64,000 nucleotides of DNA, from positions 9,564 through 73,563 of the forward strand of contig CANJNZ010000009.1 of assembly GCA_947476045.1 (NCBI GenBank), in the 5' to 3' direction. The DNA is from Chthoniobacteraceae bacterium. Its GTDB lineage: Bacteria; Verrucomicrobiota; Verrucomicrobiia; Chthoniobacterales; Chthoniobacteraceae. The translations under genes were made by a program, and so were the position numbers. This document shows positions 34,199 to 45,900 of the stretch, one piece after another; positions within the stretch are counted from its first letter, which is position 1, and every line of letters begins with the position of its first letter. The notes beneath the pieces were generated by a model, which saw only the letters and a list, made by a program, of their open reading frames with translations, was not told the DNA's origin and ran no database searches.

Positions 34199-34924
34199 CT
34201 ACTCGGCCACGCCTGCAAGCTCCGCGCTCTCCTTCTTCGCAGCGACGGTGCTGTTGCTACCGATGGCGTCCACGAGTTTTTGCAGAATGACGCGGATGGA
34301 GCGGATGGCGTCATCGTTTCCGGCGATTGGGTAATCAATCACTTCGGGATCGGCGTTCGTATCCACGATGGCCACGATTGGAATACCTAGGCGGCGGGCT
34401 TCGGCGACGGCGTTCAATTCGCGGGCGGTATCAATGATGATGATCGCATCTGGATAACGATCCATGCTGCGGATGCCTTCGAGGTTGCGGAGCAACTTCG
34501 CGCCTTCACGACGGACGGCGGAAATCTCCTGCTTGCCCATCTTCGCATAGTCGGGCGACTTCTCCATGTTCTCGATCCAGTTCAGCCGGGCGATGCTCTG
34601 GCGAATGGTCTTGAGATTGGTGAGTGTGCCGCCGAGCCAGCGCTGGTTCACATAGTATTGTCCGCAAGCGGTCGCGGCTTCCTTCACGGCTTCCTGCGCC
34701 TGCTTTTTGCAGCCGACGAAAAGGATCTTGCCATTCTTGGCGGTGACATTGGCGAGGAAATCACATGCGCTGTTGAGCTGACGGACAGTCTCCCCAAGGT
34801 TAATGATATAAATTTGGTTCTTCTTCTCGAAGATGAACGGCTTCATCTTTGGGTTCCAGCGTTTGGTCTGGTGGCCAAAGTGGACTCCAGCTTCAAGCAG
34901 TTCGGTCATCAATTCTGTAGACAT
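34199..34924 (-). CDS. rpsB: 30S ribosomal protein S2
   Basis: Trimmed to the ATG at 34924. 'LLEAGVHFGHQTKRWNPKM' is the S2 signature. Confidence 0.95.
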   Translation of the reverse strand: MSTELMTELLEAGVHFGHQTKRWNPKMKPFIFEKKNQIYIINLGETVRQLNSACDFLANVTAKNGKILFVGCKKQAQEAVKEAATACGQYYVNQRWLGGTLTNLKTIRQSIARLNWIENMEKSPDYAKMGKQEISAVRREGAKLLRNLEGIRSMDRYPDAIIIIDTARELNAVAEARRLGIPIVAIVDTNADPEVIDYPIAGNDDAIRSIRVILQKLVDAIGSNSTVAAKKESAELAGVAE

Positions 34925-35037
34925 GTGGTCGGTATAAGTTTTGCGGAAAAGGGCACGGAAATTGGCGGACTCCCTCCCGTTTGGCAAGCGCGAGTTTAGG
35001 AAATCTTTACCTGCCCTGCCAGCCCCAGTGTCCCCGC

Positions 35038-35526
35038 CTACTTCTGAGGAATCACTCCGCTCTCGTGGAGCACGCTCAGATCGGGGTCGTTCTTCGCAAA
35101 GTCGCGGAGCTTCTTGTCCATGGTGAAGCTCATGTCGAGATGGGCGCGGGCCTGTTCAAGATTGCCGAGCGCGCACTCGTAGCACGCAAGATTGTAGTGA
35201 AAGGTGGCCTCTTCATGGAGGGCCTTGGGGCCGCTGAGCAAAAGCTCGCGCGCCGCCTGCGTGTTGCCGAGTTCGTGCAGACAATATGCCGAGTGGATAA
35301 AGCCCGACGTTTTCTCCGGCAACAGTCGGCAGAGCTTCTGGCCAAATTGCAGCGCGTCCTTGTATCGCTTCGCCTGCATGAAAACCGAAAGCCGCGTTTC
35401 CACGACGGATGGATCGGCCTGCAATTCCTCCGGCAATTCAGCAAGCTCCGCGAGTGCCAGCTCGGGAAGTCCGAGTTCGCTGTAGCCTTGTGCTGCGAGA
35501 AGGAGGCGCTGGTGCGTGATGTCCAT
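35038..35526 (-). CDS. tetratricopeptide-repeat protein
   Basis: TPR-like helices ('AKRYKDALQFGQKL', 'HYNLACYECALGNLEQA'). The start is uncertain; I chose ATG 35526, while the listed start is 35583. Confidence 0.6.
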   Translation of the reverse strand: MDITHQRLLLAAQGYSELGLPELALAELAELPEELQADPSVVETRLSVFMQAKRYKDALQFGQKLCRLLPEKTSGFIHSAYCLHELGNTQAARELLLSGPKALHEEATFHYNLACYECALGNLEQARAHLDMSFTMDKKLRDFAKNDPDLSVLHESGVIPQK

Positions 35527-35607
35527 GTTCTGTCCGTCGGACGTGTTCTGCTTTTTGAAACAACCTGAGTGGCGCATTGGCAAGTCTCGTTTTGAAAGTG
35601 CGCGGTC

Positions 35608-37434
35608 TTATTGCCCGGCGAGCAGTTCCTCAAGCTCCGTCACGCGGCGCGCAAAAAGTTCCAGCGTCGCAGCGACTGGCGCGGGGCTGGACATATCCAC
35701 GCCCGCATCGCGCAGCGTCGGGATGGGAAATTTCGAGCCGCCACTGCGAAGGAAACCGAGATAGCGCGTGGCATCGCCCGTTTCCAAAACCTGCTGGCTC
35801 AGCGCTACGGCGGCGCTCAGCCCCGTCGCGTATTTATACACGTAGAATGCGGAGTAGAAATGCGGAATGCGCAGCGGTTCGAGATCGAGTTCCGCATCGA
35901 GCGTAAAGTCCGGGCCGAAGTAATCCGTCAGCAACCCGCGATACGCCGTGCGGATCGTATCGAGCGTCACCGGCTCCCCGGCTTCCTCCATCGCGTGCGT
36001 GATTTTTTCAAACTCCGCAAACATCGTCTGCCGATAAACCGTCCCGCGAATATCATCGAGCTGACGGTTGATGAGATAAGCGCGCAACTTCGGGTCGCTC
36101 GTCTTTTCGAGCAGATGATGCGTCAGCAACTCCTCGTTGAAAGTGCTCGCCACCTCCGCGAGGAAGATCGGGTAGTCCGCATCCTGCCAGCGCTGCGTGC
36201 CGTTCGCGTGCCACGTGTGCATCGAGTGCCCGGCCTCGTGCGCCAGCGTGAACACATCCGCAAACACATCCTCCTCGTAATTCATCAGAATGTAAGGCGG
36301 CGCACCGTAGCTCCCACTGCTGAATGCACCACTGCGCTTCCCCTTGTTTTCGTAACGATCACACCAGCGCTTCGTCGTCAGCCCGTCGTGCAACACCCGG
36401 CAATACTCCTCGCCCAGTGGGGCCAACGACTCGATGCACAACCCAATCGCCTCATCGAACGAAGTCCGCTTGTCCACACTCGCCACGATGGGCACGTAAG
36501 TGTCGTATTGATGAATCTCCGAAAGCCCCAGCACCCGCTTGCGCAGCGCGTAGTAGCGGAAAAGCGGCGCGAGATTCGCGCGCACCGTCGAGATCAGATT
36601 GTCATACACACTCACCGGCACATCGTCCGAAAACAGCGCCTGCTCCCGCGCATTCGCATAATTGCGGGCGCGAGCCTCGAAAACATCCGCCTTGATCGAA
36701 TTGGAAAGCGTCGAAGCCAGCGTGAACTTATGCGCATCGAACTCCGCGTAGAATTGATGAAACGCCCGCTTGCGCAGCTCCGCATCCCGCTTTTGCAAAA
36801 ACGACGAATAACTGCTCTGCGTCAGCTCCCGCGAGCGGCCCGACTCATCCGCCAGCGAGCCGAACTTCATATCCACATTCGTCAGTTGCGAAAACGTCTC
36901 GTCATGCCCCGTCAGCGCACTATTGCCCAGCGCCAGCAGCCGCTCCTCCGCCGCACTCAGCGTGTGCGGGCGCAGCCGGCGCAAATCCACCAGATACAAC
37001 CTCCACTCCTCCAGCGCCGGGTCCGCGAGGAATTTCGCAAACGTCGCATCATCAATCGCCTGCACCTCCGGCGCGAAAAACGCCGACGCCTCCCCGATCT
37101 TCGTCAGCAGATTATCCAGTTGCGACTCCCGCGCCAGATTCCCCGAGTCCGACGAATCCTCCGAACTCCGCAGCGAAGCATAATGATGCAACCGCTCGAT
37201 GAGCAGGCTAATCCGCTTATCGCACTCCAGCGCATCGCGCAGCATCGCCGCCGACTCCCCCACCTTCCCGCGAAAACCCTCAATCGCCGTGTAAACCCGC
37301 TGCAACACCGCGAAATCATGCGCCCAAGCCTCCGGCGTCGGGAAAAGCGGCGTCAAATCCCAAGTGTGTTCCTGCTTCACCTGCCCGCGCGTCGGAGTTC
37401 CCCCATCATCCTTGTCGAAAAATATCTGAGTCAT
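35608..37434 (-). CDS. pepF: oligoendopeptidase F (M3B metallopeptidase)
   Basis: 608 aa. Zinc motif 'HEAGHSMH' in an M3B context. Confidence 0.9.
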   Translation of the reverse strand: MTQIFFDKDDGGTPTRGQVKQEHTWDLTPLFPTPEAWAHDFAVLQRVYTAIEGFRGKVGESAAMLRDALECDKRISLLIERLHHYASLRSSEDSSDSGNLARESQLDNLLTKIGEASAFFAPEVQAIDDATFAKFLADPALEEWRLYLVDLRRLRPHTLSAAEERLLALGNSALTGHDETFSQLTNVDMKFGSLADESGRSRELTQSSYSSFLQKRDAELRKRAFHQFYAEFDAHKFTLASTLSNSIKADVFEARARNYANAREQALFSDDVPVSVYDNLISTVRANLAPLFRYYALRKRVLGLSEIHQYDTYVPIVASVDKRTSFDEAIGLCIESLAPLGEEYCRVLHDGLTTKRWCDRYENKGKRSGAFSSGSYGAPPYILMNYEEDVFADVFTLAHEAGHSMHTWHANGTQRWQDADYPIFLAEVASTFNEELLTHHLLEKTSDPKLRAYLINRQLDDIRGTVYRQTMFAEFEKITHAMEEAGEPVTLDTIRTAYRGLLTDYFGPDFTLDAELDLEPLRIPHFYSAFYVYKYATGLSAAVALSQQVLETGDATRYLGFLRSGGSKFPIPTLRDAGVDMSSPAPVAATLELFARRVTELEELLAGQ

Positions 37435-37519
37435 GTGTCCCGCAAAACTTGCCCCCGAATCCCCACACGTCCAGCACGAAGCTTCGCTCTTTCCATCCGG
37501 CAGGGCGCGGGGCGGCTGA

Positions 37520-38350
<831 letters not shown>

Positions 38351-38433
38351 ACAACTGCTCCTACACGTGCTCCCACTGTCTGTCTTTATGGAAATCTTTG
38401 CGGAGCGCAAACGAGCAGCCGCTTGCGACACCA

Positions 38434-39768
38434 TTAGCGTGCGAGTTCTTCGAGCAGGGCGCGGTTGAGGCGGATGCCGGCTTCGAAGTTTTCGATGGGG
38501 AAGTTTTCGTCGGGGGCGTGGGCGCGGCAGTCGGGCAGGGCGAGGCCGAGGAGGAGGGTTTCGGCACCGAGGATTTTTTTGAAGGTGTTTACAATCGGGA
38601 TGCTGCCGCCTTCGCGGATGAGGGCGGTTTCCCTGCCGGGGAATGTGCGGGCGAGGGCGCGCTGGGCGGCTTTGCCAAAGGCGCTGTGCGGGTCGGTGGC
38701 GTAGGGCTCGCCGCTGTGGCCGTCTTCGATTTCGATGCGCACGCCGGGCGGGCAGTGCTTTTCCAAATGCGCGCGCACTTTCGCCATGATGTCCGCAGGG
38801 CGCTGTCCGGGCACGAGGCGGAAGGTGAGTTTCACGAAGGCTTCGCGACCGATGACGGTCTTGCTGCCCGCGCCCTGGAAGCCGCCGCCGATGCCGTTCA
38901 CTTCGACGGTCGGGCGCGCCCACAGTCGCTCGACGCTCGTGTAGCCCGCTTCGCCAAAGAGCGCGGGTGAGCCGGTGACGGCGAGGATTTCGGCATCGCC
39001 GAAAGGCAGGCGCGCCCACGCATCGCGCTCCCATTGCTGGAGCGGCGCGACGTCGTCGTAGAAACCGGCGACGGCGACGCGACCATCGGCGTCGTGCAAC
39101 GTGGCGACGAGCCGGGCGAGCGCGGTGAGGGGGTTTGCAACCGCGCCGCCGTAGATGCCGCTATGCAAATCGGTCGCCGGGCCGTGGAGGCGCACTTCCA
39201 TCGCAGCGACGCCGCGCAGTCCGTAGGTGAAAGTGGGCGTGTCGCGTGCGATCATGCCGGTGTCGGAGATGGCGATGATGTCGCACTTCAACTCCTCGCG
39301 ATGCGCGGCGAGGAAGGTTTCGAGATGTTTGCTGCCGACTTCCTCCTCGCCTTCGATGAGGAAGATCAGATTCACGGGCACGTCGCCCTTTTCGCGCAGC
39401 GTCTCCCCCACCCCGAGCACGTGCGCGAGGATCTGGCCTTTGTTGTCCGTGGAACCGCGCGCGTAGATTACGCCAGCGCGCACGACGGGCTCGAACGGCG
39501 GCGAAGTCCACTCGCCGAGCGGGTCCACCGGCTGCACGTCGTAGTGCCCGTAAATCATCACCGTGCGCCGACCGGCGATGTGTTTATTGCGCGCAACAAC
39601 GATGGGATGCCCGCCCGTCGCGTGGATTTCCGCCTGCAAACCCAGCGCGTTTAATTTCGCACCAAGCCACTGCGCGCACGCCGCGACATCCCCCGCCCGC
39701 TCGGGCAGTGTGGAAATGCTGGGAAAGCGGATGAAAGCAAACAGGTCGTCGAGATGCGCAGAGTTCAT
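38434..39768 (-). CDS. M20-family dipeptidase/deacylase
   Basis: 'IYGHYDVQP', 'ARGSTDNKGQ' and 'LIEGEEEVGS' are M20 metal-binding and catalytic motifs. 444 aa. Confidence 0.85.
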   Translation of the reverse strand: MNSAHLDDLFAFIRFPSISTLPERAGDVAACAQWLGAKLNALGLQAEIHATGGHPIVVARNKHIAGRRTVMIYGHYDVQPVDPLGEWTSPPFEPVVRAGVIYARGSTDNKGQILAHVLGVGETLREKGDVPVNLIFLIEGEEEVGSKHLETFLAAHREELKCDIIAISDTGMIARDTPTFTYGLRGVAAMEVRLHGPATDLHSGIYGGAVANPLTALARLVATLHDADGRVAVAGFYDDVAPLQQWERDAWARLPFGDAEILAVTGSPALFGEAGYTSVERLWARPTVEVNGIGGGFQGAGSKTVIGREAFVKLTFRLVPGQRPADIMAKVRAHLEKHCPPGVRIEIEDGHSGEPYATDPHSAFGKAAQRALARTFPGRETALIREGGSIPIVNTFKKILGAETLLLGLALPDCRAHAPDENFPIENFEAGIRLNRALLEELAR

Positions 39769-39845
39769 TGCCGCGACACTGGCAAAAGGATCGGCGCGCG
39801 TCGAGTGGTGCGCGCTTTCGCCGTCACAAAGACTATTGGAAGTCT

Positions 39846-39923
39846 TTACGCTCTGCGCCGCCGCAATCCTAGCAACAGGCCGAGGCCGCCGAGCAGCGAC
39901 ACCGCCGCGCCGGGCTCGGGCAC
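39846..39923 (-). other. PEP-CTERM sorting signal coding segment
   Basis: VPEP motif, then the hydrophobic stretch 'GAAVSLLGGLGLLLGL', then RRRR and the stop. Confidence 0.9.
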
Positions 39924-42900
39924 CACGGTCAAGGTGACCTCATTTGTAGTCCCATCCGCGCCGTTGTAGGAAATTTGATACGCATTCAGCCCAACCGTGA
40001 AGACGCTGTCGTCGCCCAGTCCCATGAACCCTGTTCCATTCCACGCACCGCTATAGTTGATGATCGGTGCAGAGGTCCCTTCGGCCAGGATCGCCGTGCC
40101 CAAGTCAGTTACATTCATCACCGCTCCAATCGTGATATTCAGGTTCCCGGTGATATTGATGAAATCAAGTGCGGGCGCAGAAGAGTCTATTTGAAATTGA
40201 AAGATGCCGCCTGCGTTGAACGTCAACGTGCCGGTGTTCAGTGTGCCGGTGTTCAACGTGCCAGTGCCATTGGCACCCGGGGATAAAGTCCCTCCGTTTA
40301 CGACCACATCTCCCAACGTTCCGTTATCGCCGCTTACCGTGCCGCCGCTATTCACGGTCGTGCTGCCGGAGATCGTGCCGCTCACGACGAGTGTGCCGGT
40401 GTTCACAATCGTATTACTGGAAATGGCCCCGTTAATTTGCAGGATTCCCGCGTTGATTGTTGTATCGCCCGTGTAGGTATTCGTGCCACCGATCATCCAT
40501 GTGCCAATACCATTTTTTACGACTTCTGTTACGTTCGGGGCAGTGCCGTTGGCTATACCTCCGTTTTCCGAGCCATCCCCGCTGCCAGTCAGCACGAGTG
40601 TAGTGGCACCAGTCGTGTTTATGCCGCCACTCAGCGCGAATAGCGTGCTCCCGCTGGCATCGAAGTTAAATGTCCCGCCTGCCGGCGTGCTCAGGTTAAT
40701 CACCCTGTCGCTGCTCCCGTCTGCAGACCCCGTGTAGCGCAGCGTGCTTCCCGCAGCGAAGCTGATGATGCTGTTCACTCCGACCGCCGGATTACCCAGC
40801 GCATTCGGCGTTGCGCTTCCGGCGTTCTGGATGCTGTTGATGGAAAGGACACCGCCTCCAATCGTCGTCGTGCCTGTGTATGTGCTTGCACCGCTAAGCA
40901 CCAGTGTATCGTTTCCAAGTTTCGTAAGCGAACCCGTGCCGCTGATTGCGTTGGAAATTGCGAGCGCATCGCCGCGATTGAAAACAAGACTGCCATTGTT
41001 GATCACATTACCGCTTCCGAGACTTCCTGTGGTGCCACCATTGCTGATTTGCAAAACGCCCGCGTTGATGGTCGTCGTTCCGCTGTAGGTATTCGCGCCG
41101 GTGAAAGTCAGCGTGTTTGTTCCAAATTTTTGCACTCCGAGCACGTTGGCTCCACCATTCTGATTGCTGAGGCTGGCATCGAAAGTGAAGTCGCCTCCCG
41201 CTGTGTCGAAGCCGATGCTGGCGTTGTTCAAAAGACCGGAAACACTGTCGCTGGCACCGAGGTGCGCTGCATCAAGCAGTGTGTTGATGTCGGCGGTGAC
41301 AAACTGCCCGACACCACCGACTCCAAGGTCCAGAACAGCCCCGGGATTCACGGTAATGTTGGCCTTTGTCCACTTGCTGGCATCGGCGTTGTAAAGTGCG
41401 GCTGGAATTTGGAATTTCAGCGTGCCCTGCGTGACTGTGGTCTGCCCCGTGTAGGAATTGGCTGCGGCGAAGGTCAGTGTGCCTGTGCCAATTTTGTTCA
41501 CAGAACCTCCGGCGCCGGAAATCGCGCCGGAAAAAGCCGCCGGACTGGTGTTGTCTTTGCCTATGGAAAGCGTCGCACTTCCAAGCGTCACACTGCCCGC
41601 CCCGGTCAGTGATCCGATGGTGTTGCTATATCCATCGAGATTCAAAGTCGCCCCTCCCGCCACGGTGTATGCGGAGTTTGGAGAAAGAGCGGCGATCGAG
41701 CCGGCTTGGATGGTGCCTACGCCAACTGTGCTCGCGCCGCTATAGGTGTTGTTGCCGGAGAGGGTCCATCTGGCCGTCGGGACTGGAGCGTATAGAAAAT
41801 TATTTGCGAACTGCAAACCCACTGTGCCGACACCATCCACGATGTTGCCGCCGAACGTTTTCGTGTTACTCGGATGAACCATCAACATGGCCGCTGTCGC
41901 ATTGCTGTTGGTGACTATCCCGGTGCCGTCAATCTGTGGCTCGTAATTGTTCGTATTGCCGTTGAGATCGAAACTCCCCCCGGACATATGAAATGGATTG
42001 GTCGGCACGATTTGCCTGCCCTGTGCATTGCCCAGCTTGAGAGTCGCGCCGGTTTTCACATCCGTGACAGAGTTGACCGTAGTCATGAACGCCGGATCTG
42101 TCACCGTTGAGCCGAGCACCATGCTTCCTTCGTCAATCGAAAGCACAAGGCTCCCGAAATTGAAGCCGATGTAGTAAACATTTCCCGCCAGTGCGAATGT
42201 GCCTGCACCTTTCTTAGTGATGGTGCTGTCGTGGTAGGCGTTGCTGAGGGTCAAGCTGGCGTCGGCATGGACGATGTCCAAGGTGACAGCACCGCCAGCT
42301 AGATTGAAGTTGTTGCTGGTGACAACATCATGGCCGGAATACTGAAACGTGCCGCTGTTCAGTGCGATGGAAAGAAGGCCGCCATTCCCCAATGCAGACA
42401 GACTACTGACGCTCAACGTGCCATCATCAAGAACCGTCCCTCCATGGGTATTTGAGCCGAAAAGTGTCAGTTTGCCGCTGCTGCGTTTGATCAACCTGCC
42501 AGCACCGGCGATCGAGCCGTCGTAGATGCCGTCAGTTGTTTGATTCAACGTAAGAGTCTTGCTCGCGGCGATATTGATCATCGCGGTGTTTGTGCCACTG
42601 GTCGGGATGGCAATCGTTCCGCTTAACGGACCGGTGCTCACGGAGCCATTGAGATTCAGAACGACATTGGTGCCATCACCAGTGTTCGGATTGTTCACCG
42701 CGAGAGGGCTGCTGCTTGCACCTAAATTAGCGCCGTCGCTCACCGTGAGGGTGCCGGTGTTGATCGTCGTGCCGCCGCTGTAGTTGCTAATTCCATCCAG
42801 CACCAAGGTGCCCGCGCCAGCCTTCGTTAGCGCGGTGGATACGCCATTGGATATTGCTCCCCTGACGGTCAGCGTGCCTGCGTTCACTGAAAGCGTCCGC

Positions 42901-45900
42901 GCACCGACTGTGGAGCCCAAGGATACTGCGCCGCTGCCAAGATCCAGATCGTTTGTTCCACTGAAGGCGAAGTCACTGTTCCAAGTCTGTGCGTTGTTAC
43001 TGGTCAACACGAGGCCCGCGACGCCGCTATCGAGGGTGCCGCTATTGATGATCAGTGTGCTGCTTCCCAATGCAGGCGCACTGGCAAATGTGAGCTTGCC
43101 CGTGTTCAGCGTCGTGTTGCCGCCGTGACTGTTTGTTCCGCTGAGCACCAATTCACCATCGCCATTTTTGATGATCGAACCGGTGCCGCTGATGGCATCT
43201 GACACGGAAACGAGGTCGGAGCGATTAAAGGTCAGGACGCCGTCATCAACAATCGCACCCACCCCGAGAGTCCCTTTTGTGCCGCCATCGCCAATCTGAA
43301 TTGTGCCTCCGCTGATGGTCGTGCCGCCGGTATAACTGTTGTTGGTGGTGATGGTCAGCTTGCCGCTGCCGCTCTTGGTCAGAGCCGTGCCGCCTGTAAT
43401 CCCAAAGCCACCTTGCAGCGTGTAGTCCTTCGCACTGTTGCTGAATGTGACTGAAGCCGGCGAGACGTCCGCCGTGCTGATGTTGACGGTGGTCGTTCCG
43501 GAAACTGTGTCATTAAAAAGCGCAGCGTCGGCAGCGATGAAGTTGGTGGCAATCGCTGCGTTACTCGCCAGCTTCCAGTTCACCGGTAGGGTCACGCTGA
43601 GATTCGCTGAGGTGATCCAGTTGCCATCCCCCACCCCGCTCCAGACGGGGTTGTCCAAACTGTAACTCAAATCCACATAAGCTGTCGGATTGGAAAGCGT
43701 GAACAACGCGCGCGGGCCAGCCCCCAGCCCTGCTGTGTTCAAAACAAAAGCGCCAAAACCTGCACCCGCACCACCGATGCTGCCCGCATACTGGATGAGA
43801 TGCGCCGTGCCTCCGGCGGGTGCGGTGCCACTGAGTGTAATTGTAATGGAACCAGATCCACCGTTGACGAACAGACCATCGGTGTTGATCACATTCACGG
43901 CGGAGCTGCCGCTGTAGTTACCGATATTCGCGATGTTGATGGTGCTGGTGTTTGTGAAATTAAGACCACCTAAAGAGAGACCACCCGCTCCGCCAGAACC
44001 CGCCTCGACGATGCCGGTGTCGGCAATTGTTGCGACAGCCGAAGCCGCGCTTCCCGATCCACCCAAAGTTGCCCCGCCCGCGACGGAAATTGCCGTCGCG
44101 GAGTTGCTGCCATTCAAGTAGAGCTTGCCGACATTCACGGCAGTGCTGCCGGTGTAGGTGGCTGCGCCAATCCGTTGAGTCCCTGCTCCGTTCTTGATGA
44201 GGTTCATACCCGGAAGATCACTGCCCAGCGTGCCGGAATAGTTATGGGAAATTCCGTTACCGGGACTGAGCGTGAGGTCCGTCACATTGGCAGTGATGGA
44301 CAGGCTGACGCTTCCTTTCATGCCGCCGAAAGTCGGCGTATTGATGCCCGCCGAAAAACTCAACGTGCCCGCTGTGTAATTCAGCGCGCTGTTCTGCAAT
44401 GCGAGCAGATTGCCAATGGTCAGCGTGCCGCCATTGAGCGTGGTGTCACCGGTGAATGGATTCGCACCGTTGAGCGTCCACGCGCCGGTGCCGGTTTTGG
44501 TCAAAGACGTAGCGCCGCCGCTGCTATCCACGATCTGCCCGCCGATCACGCCAGCGCCCGCAGTGGATCCTTGCAGCATTAGTATCTTGGCACCCACACC
44601 AGTCGCCGTGAAATTCCTGGTGAGCGTCAGCACTCCGCTTGCACCCGATTGATCGAGCGTCGCCCCCCCTGTCGTGCCCGCCATGTTGATGACGCGATCC
44701 GTGGTGTCGCCCGTGCCGGTATAAAGCAGCGTTGCGCCTGTGCTCAAGTTGCCGATAGAGATTGTGCCGTTGGCGACCGTGGTGGGTTTTCCGAGAGAAC
44801 TGGCTGTGGCACTGCCAACATCCTTGATGGTATTGATGCTGAGCGTGCCGACTTTGATGAATGTCGCGCCCGTGTATGCGTTCGCACCGTTGAGCGCCTG
44901 CATCCCTGCGCCAGTCTTTGTCAGCGTCGTGTTTGCGTGGTTACCAGTGCCGATGACGTTCGTGTAGGTCTTGATGGCATCCGCAATCGTGGGGTTCAGG
45001 ATGAGGCCCGTGAAAGTGGCGTTGGCCGTCAAATCCTGAAGTGTGCGATTACCGTTGATAAGACCTCCAAGTTGCAAGACGCCGCCGCTAGTCGAAGCAG
45101 TCAGCCAAGATGCCACTGAATTGGCGTCAACCGCACTATTCTGCAACGCGAGGGGATTTTGCATCTCGATTCCGCCATAGTTACCTGCAGAACCACTGGC
45201 ATCCCATTTTGTGTCGCCAGTGTAGGTATTTGCCGCGGGGAGATACAGGCGTCTCCCAGCATAGCCAATTGCGCCTCCGTTCCCATGGAAAAGTCCGCCT
45301 GGACCACTGATCACACCGTTGATGTAGAAATCGCCGCCGCCTGTGTTGATCGTCTGTATGCCTGTGTCGAGATAGATGCCTCGATTGGCACTCAGAGACC
45401 TTCCATCAGTCCCGGAGAGCATCGTAAGAATTGCGCCGTTCTTGATGGTGATGCTGTCGGCGACAAAAACAGAAGGTGTTGTTCCTAGCTTTGGTTCGTT
45501 AGTCGTGCCGTTTTCATCGTTGGCGATCAAATTACCGCCAGCGATGACGATTTTGCCCGTAAATGTATTGGCTCCCTGAAGCGTCAGCGAGCCTGTGCCG
45601 GTCTTGTAGAGGCTCACTCCGGTCACTCCTACGCTGCTGGAAATCACACCTGCATAAGTGGTGTTGGTATTATTGCCGCCGACTGTGAGGGTGTTTGCAC
45701 CAAGTGTCACATTACCGCCGTTCGCACCACCGCCAGCCAGTGAGCCGATCTGCGTGTCGAAGCCCGCGATGTCGAGCGCCACCCCCGCAGTATTCGCAAG
45801 TGTCACGGCGGAGTTATTGCCGAACGCACCGCTCACACCTGCCACGGAAGCGACGCCCGCTTTGAGAATACCGCCATTGACCACAGTCGGGCCAGTATAG

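Noticed and set aside
38351-39034. N-terminal 228 codons of the listed 504-aa ORF 37520-39034
   Set aside because: This part is P/R-rich nonsense that overlaps the well-supported M20 peptidase gene in another frame. The FGE-domain protein starts convincingly at the ATG at 38350 with a signal-like peptide.
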